A stretch of DNA of 30,197 nucleotides, taken from positions 1 to 30,197 of the IMG/VR virus record IMGVR_UViG_3300036446_000027, one strand, 5' to 3'. Below, piece by piece: positions 26,077 to 30,197 of this stretch. Made by a program: the position numbers and the translations under genes. This DNA is from a virus (taxonomy: Duplodnaviria; Caudoviricetes). The notes under the pieces are model-generated. The model did not search any database. It had not been told where the DNA came from and worked only from the letters and a program-made list of their open reading frames with translations. Positions within the stretch are counted from its first letter, which is position 1. Each line of letters begins with the position of its first letter.

Positions 26077-26485
26077 CGAGGTGAGATGGAAGTTTTTGAG
26101 CGATTTGTTTGATGGCCCTGATGAGTGGTGGCACGATGGCCGGATCGTTGCAATCCAAGTAGTCTTTCACCGATTGGACAGCATGAACGACGGTGGTGTG
26201 ATCGTCTCGTTGAATATCTGCCGCAATCACCTTAAGAGATCGACCAGGTAAAAACATCCGGCACAGATAACAGTAGGCATGCCTGGCGGAAACTACTTCC
26301 TGTTTGCGAGTCTTCGATATCACTTTCTCCCACCGAACATCAAACTCTTCGCAGACAATTTTGACAATCTCATCTTTGAGAGGGTCGTAACAATTGTCTA
26401 CAGTTTTCAGAAGCCGTTTTTTGCTTTGCGCGACCGTGGCTCTGTATCTTTCAATTGCCTGAGTGGTTTGGAGGTTGTGTTGCAT
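26054..26485 (-). CDS. Stand-alone DnaA domain IV (Bac_DnaA_C)-like DNA-binding protein
   Basis: IVKIVCEEFDV...SKTRKQEVVSARHAYCYL...SLKVIA...RDDHTTVVHAV matches the DnaA C-terminal signature; TGATG coupling at 26485. Confidence 0.85.
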   Translation of the reverse strand: MQHNLQTTQAIERYRATVAQSKKRLLKTVDNCYDPLKDEIVKIVCEEFDVRWEKVISKTRKQEVVSARHAYCYLCRMFLPGRSLKVIAADIQRDDHTTVVHAVQSVKDYLDCNDPAIVPPLIRAIKQIAQKLPSHLDAIEAII

Positions 26486-26871
26486 CACAAAAGTTTTGAA
26501 TCGTGCAGCTCTCCGATCATCCTTGCGTAAGTGGTGCCGAGAGCTACGGAATGAGGGTGTATTTCTTTTACCAGAATTGCAGCAGTATGAAGCTCCATGT
26601 ACCAGTCGATCCGTTCGCTGACAGTAAGCTCCTTGGCTTTGCTCAGGAACAATTCGTCCCTTTGGTGCCACTCATTTTTCCACCACGCCCAGAACATGCG
26701 CTCTCCTTCCAGTATGCGCCTGCCATAATCATCATCGGGGATGTACAGATGCAGGTAAGTGATCCCTTCGATGTACTGAAGCTCCGCATACATGTCCTGA
26801 GACATTGGTATCAAATTGCACACGGCGAGTTTTGCCATTCGTTGCTTCTCCAGAACCCACTGGTAAGTCAT
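26485..26871 (-). CDS. Hypothetical protein
   Basis: 128 aa, FWAWWKNEWHQRD motif; directly downstream of the MuB-like gene. Confidence 0.75.
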   Translation of the reverse strand: MTYQWVLEKQRMAKLAVCNLIPMSQDMYAELQYIEGITYLHLYIPDDDYGRRILEGERMFWAWWKNEWHQRDELFLSKAKELTVSERIDWYMELHTAAILVKEIHPHSVALGTTYARMIGELHDSKLL

Positions 26872-26884
26872 AACTGCTAGTTTT

Positions 26885-27751
26885 TTAAGCCGCCTGCCGG
26901 GACTTTTCTTCCTTCAGCTTCCTCTTGTGAACAAGCCGTTCGACCCGGCGCAGGTCGCCTTCGTATTCGTTAAAGATTTCTGTGATGTCCTGTGGCGAGG
27001 TGATGCCGTTTGCCTTGCAGATTTTCTCTACTTCACTTTTGTTGGTGCCACTCAGATCGATGAACCGTCTGCCGATGCGGCTGTATATTTCTTCATAGCC
27101 TTTCTTCTGCGTATCCTTGCCTCGCTTGATGCGTTTCTTAAGGTATTCGGTGCCCTGGATGATGATGCCGCATTTGCCCTTTAATTCGTTGTACAGCGAT
27201 ATGAAAAAGAAAATCAGTTGATCGCTCAGCTTGTCAAATTCATCCAGGATCAGCAGTGGTCGATCCATCTTCAGAAAACACTCGACGATGTAGTCCATCA
27301 GTTCGCTCACGTTCATGCCTGCGTAGTCCTTGCCCATCTTCTCCAAAATCTTTCGAAGGAAAGTCTTCCGGTTCCAGAACTCTTTGCATTCAACGTAAAC
27401 GGCGTTCTGCACCTGTCTACAGAACCATTCGGCAGTAAAGCTTTTACCGCAACCGGCGCGACCAACGAGCGCGAATACATTTCCATAATCCTTTGCATCA
27501 GCGAAGAAGGTGGTCAGCGTCAGGAAGTCCTGAGTTTCGACCAGGTGCCACGACCGGTTGGTATAGCCTACCTGCTTTGCAATGTTGCGCCACATGTCCT
27601 CGCTAATGTTTTCCCATTTGTTGGAAAGAACATTGAACAGCGTTCCTTCGCTTACGCCTCTGAGGTGGTTGGAAGCTTGCTTTTGAGAGCCGTAGCGCTC
27701 AACAAACGATTTTGTGAGCAACTGGATGTCGAACTTTTGATTTTGGTTCAT
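26885..27751 (-). CDS. MuB-like AAA+ transposition ATPase
   Basis: N-terminal HTH-like region, Walker A GRAGCGKS, Walker B LLILDEFD, YSRIGRR, GDLRRV. Confidence 0.9.
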   Translation of the reverse strand: MNQNQKFDIQLLTKSFVERYGSQKQASNHLRGVSEGTLFNVLSNKWENISEDMWRNIAKQVGYTNRSWHLVETQDFLTLTTFFADAKDYGNVFALVGRAGCGKSFTAEWFCRQVQNAVYVECKEFWNRKTFLRKILEKMGKDYAGMNVSELMDYIVECFLKMDRPLLILDEFDKLSDQLIFFFISLYNELKGKCGIIIQGTEYLKKRIKRGKDTQKKGYEEIYSRIGRRFIDLSGTNKSEVEKICKANGITSPQDITEIFNEYEGDLRRVERLVHKRKLKEEKSRQAA

Positions 27752-27778
27752 AGCTTTGAGTTGGTGTTTTTAATGATT

Positions 27779-27821
27779 GAGATCGTCAGCGTTGTGGTAG
27801 CGTCTGGCGATCTCTTTTTTT
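27779..27821 (+). terminator. Plus-strand (antisense) hairpin with a U7 tract
   Basis: GAGATCGTCAGCGTTG-TGG-TAGCG(T)CTGGCGATCTC-TTTTTTT; the G-U pairs only form on the plus-strand RNA. Confidence 0.6.
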
Positions 27822-28029
27822 ATGAATAAAGGATGTCATTGCATTCGGTGACTAGCCTGTCGTATTCTTCAAACAAATCGTTGTCGCATGCCTCCATATC
27901 AATATGCGCTGCCACATCATAGGCAGATTGGATTACGCTCTTCATTCGTTTCTCTTTACCAAGTTTGAGCGCGCGAACGACGTCGCGAAGTCTTGAGTTG
28001 TGTGTTGCTGGTTGAGTTGTAGTTTGCAT
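27820..28029 (-). CDS. Small hypothetical protein between transposase and ATPase
   Basis: 69 aa; ATG 3 nt after the transposase stop. Confidence 0.65.
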   Translation of the reverse strand: MQTTTQPATHNSRLRDVVRALKLGKEKRMKSVIQSAYDVAAHIDMEACDNDLFEEYDRLVTECNDILYS

Positions 28030-28032
28030 GGC

Positions 28033-29970
28033 TTACATTTTATCGTATGGGTCAAAAGTTTCAGGTTCATTTCTCTGCTGGTACCCGATCTCAGCAGACC
28101 GCTTGATTTCTTTGACCAGCACCTGCGCCTGAAGAAGGCTCTCTGCATCGAGCCGGTGATTGGAAAGGACCTCTTCACGCTGTGCTTTTTTCTCAGCGAT
28201 GTACTGCATGTGAACTTTCTTTTGGTCGAAGAAGTCATGAAGCCGGTTGTGATCGCCTTGCTTGTAATCGGCAAGGGCTGAAGGCATGAGTTGATACTGG
28301 AAGGCCACAAAGCGCAGCTTGTCTCCATCAGTGATCAGCACCCGGCTGAAGTCGAGCGGATCGTAGTATGCCTGCACTGTTTTACCAACCGTTTTTAGGT
28401 ATAGCGGCTCCGGAATCTCATACACTCGTTCCTCACCGTAAAGTGTCAGCCTAAGGCCTGCATTGGTGATTTTATTAGTGTACTTATGAGGAGTTCCAAA
28501 AGTCAGCAGCATCTTGGTATCGGTGATCTGGCGCTCTTGGGACTTGTCGCTTGCCCAGAAGCCTTCCAGCCACTGTTGAAGCTTCGTTTGACCGGACTGA
28601 GGATCGACAGCGTGGCGCATCCGGTTGATAAAATCCTGAATCTGCGCCGGACCTTTTTCTTTTACTGGGAAGGACTTCTTATTGAGTTCAAGTGCATCGG
28701 GGTTCAGACGACTCTTCGACGTGATGTTCGTGCCTGCGTAGTTCGGGTACAGTTTGAGAGTCTGGTGCCAGCGTGTGCCGAAAGCCTGTTCGATATACTT
28801 GGCTCTTGCCACCCTTGCAGTTGCAGGCGTATACGTAGCGATGGAAGAATAGAAGTCATCAAGTGTCCCACGCCCCCACTGGTCCGTCTGTATCTGGTGA
28901 GGCAGGTAGAACATGCCGGTCAGCTGCCTTATGTGGTGCATGGCGTCGAGCCATGCAGCTTTGATCAGGTCCGCAGATACTCTCTCTCCGTATGAGAAGC
29001 CAAGCGGGTAGTCGTTGTAAGCATCCATCACCACGATCACCACGAAGCGGTAGTAGTAATTGATGGAGACGTGTCCTTTGGCATTGATCTTTTCGTCGAT
29101 AAAGTACAGATCGAGATCGTTGTCATCAGATCCCACCAGCAGAAGCGGAGCAGAAGGGCGCTTACGCATGATCTGCTTGCCATATACGTTGTAAGCCGCA
29201 GCTCGACCCTGCCGGTATTGGCTCACCAGGTAGTCGTTCTTTTTGCGATGAATGCCAACAGTACCCGCTGTGATGGGCTTGTATCCAGCAGCCTGCGCCC
29301 ACTGATTGTAGGCTCTGGCAATAATGGTATCATCGTGCTGATTTTGATTGGCGATAAGCTCTAAAAGCATGCTTGCGCTTACTTCATCCGTTACCTTCGA
29401 AGCATTCCTATTGCCATATCTCGCATTGATCAGGCAACTATATCCTTCTCTTTGGTATTCGGCCATGCGGTCCTTGATCCTGCGGTAACAGGTCGGCAGG
29501 TCTACTTTTTCAGCGCGAATGATGTCACAGGCGTGGTTGTAAAACGCTCCGACACTGAGCTTCAGGGTCTCCTTTATGAAGCGGTGGTCTGCTTCCAGTC
29601 TGACCAAAAGGTTCAGCCAGGTCGCAGCCTTAACGTAGGCTCTGACTGCGTCCATCGGAAGCATCTTGTCTTCGTCAAAGCGGTAGGCTGTAAAGAATTC
29701 TTCGGCCTTGTAGTCTGGAACGAGAAGGTCCTTGATGGGTTTCTTGGCGAGGTAGTCATATGGATTGCCGAAGTAGGCTTCAACATTCGCTTTGTAGCGG
29801 ATTGGAAGCGGCTCATACTCAATGAGCACCTTTCTGCTGTCAGCTGGATCGTCGATGAACTGCCAGCCCTTAGAGCCTCGCAGTTTGGCCATTTTTACCG
29901 TTACCGGTTTGATACCAGCATCCGGGAGATCGTTGAATTCGAGAAAAAGCTTTGATTCTACGAGTTTCAA
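28033..29970 (-). CDS. MuA-like DDE transposase
   Basis: 645 aa; GSDDNDLDLYF, VVMDAYNDYPLG, IQTDQW, AKYIEQAFG (DDE core), VQAYYDPLDFSRV (Mu transposase C-terminal-like); TTG start overlapping the upstream TGA. Confidence 0.88.
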   Translation of the reverse strand: MKLVESKLFLEFNDLPDAGIKPVTVKMAKLRGSKGWQFIDDPADSRKVLIEYEPLPIRYKANVEAYFGNPYDYLAKKPIKDLLVPDYKAEEFFTAYRFDEDKMLPMDAVRAYVKAATWLNLLVRLEADHRFIKETLKLSVGAFYNHACDIIRAEKVDLPTCYRRIKDRMAEYQREGYSCLINARYGNRNASKVTDEVSASMLLELIANQNQHDDTIIARAYNQWAQAAGYKPITAGTVGIHRKKNDYLVSQYRQGRAAAYNVYGKQIMRKRPSAPLLLVGSDDNDLDLYFIDEKINAKGHVSINYYYRFVVIVVMDAYNDYPLGFSYGERVSADLIKAAWLDAMHHIRQLTGMFYLPHQIQTDQWGRGTLDDFYSSIATYTPATARVARAKYIEQAFGTRWHQTLKLYPNYAGTNITSKSRLNPDALELNKKSFPVKEKGPAQIQDFINRMRHAVDPQSGQTKLQQWLEGFWASDKSQERQITDTKMLLTFGTPHKYTNKITNAGLRLTLYGEERVYEIPEPLYLKTVGKTVQAYYDPLDFSRVLITDGDKLRFVAFQYQLMPSALADYKQGDHNRLHDFFDQKKVHMQYIAEKKAQREEVLSNHRLDAESLLQAQVLVKEIKRSAEIGYQQRNEPETFDPYDKM

Positions 29971-30197
29971 GCGTTGCGATTTAGATCGTTTAGATATTCG
30001 GGTGTTACTCGCTGGATCAATTCCGCTATACCTTCTTTCACATCCATATAAGCGCAGAAAATGGCTTCATTTTTCCGCTCTCCGTCGCGGATCATTCTTA
30101 CATACCTAGGACTTACCCCTGTTATATCGACCACTATTGGCACCGCAGGGTCATGTTTGTGGACGTTTTTTACTGTTTTCCGTGGATTTTTTGGCAT
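29967..30197 (-). CDS. Ner/Cro-like HTH DNA-binding protein
   Basis: IVVDITGVSPRYVRMIRDGERKN HTH; directly upstream of the transposase, as ner is in Mu. Confidence 0.65.
   Translation of the reverse strand: MPKNPRKTVKNVHKHDPAVPIVVDITGVSPRYVRMIRDGERKNEAIFCAYMDVKEGIAELIQRVTPEYLNDLNRNA

Larger units (their letters stand above)
1..30197. mobile_element. Mu-like transposable prophage (contractile tail), interior only; neither end is in the window
   Basis: DDE transposase and MuB-like ATPase lie with terminase, DUF935-like portal, MuF, gp36/gpG/gp37-like genes, sheath, tube, tape measure and baseplate genes in Mu-like arrangement. Confidence 0.95.

Noticed and set aside
27218-29955. Plus-strand ORFs opposite the ATPase and transposase (for example 27218..27829, 28486..28995, 29452..29955), and similar antisense ORFs elsewhere
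   Set aside because: They are antisense shadows of well-supported genes and have no recognisable motifs.

Overview
The whole window is the interior of a Mu-like (transposable) myovirus-type prophage, most likely from a Bacteroidota host (TAnnTTTG-type promoter motifs, A-rich leaders without Shine-Dalgarno sites, gene families typical of Bacteroidota Mu-like phages). Right to left on the minus strand: an early region (Ner-like HTH, DDE transposase, MuB-like ATPase, stand-alone DnaA domain IV protein, an Ala/Asp/Tyr repeat protein, DUF3164, HD hydrolase, RadA-like ATPase, GemA-like and Mor-like regulators). A plus-strand packaging/head-completion block follows (small and large terminase, gp36-like, portal, MuF with a C-terminal PBECR-like nuclease domain, gpG-like, gp37-like). 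A divergent minus-strand late block then encodes protease/scaffold, capsid, lysis genes, sheath, tube, chaperone, tape measure, baseplate and a tail fibre cut by the window edge. The best leads are: (1) a structured ~80-nt antisense sRNA candidate with promoter-like and U-tract signals, sitting where the MuF nuclease immunity gene would be expected; (2) a 453-bp coding tract built from only three codons (GCT/GAT/TAT); (3) an unannotated -1-frame tail chaperone extension without an in-phase canonical slippery site; (4) a hydrophobic, membrane-like leader on the major capsid protein; (5) an antisense sRNA candidate over the MuB-like gene leader. All family assignments come from motif recognition and gene order by eye. 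No searches were run.
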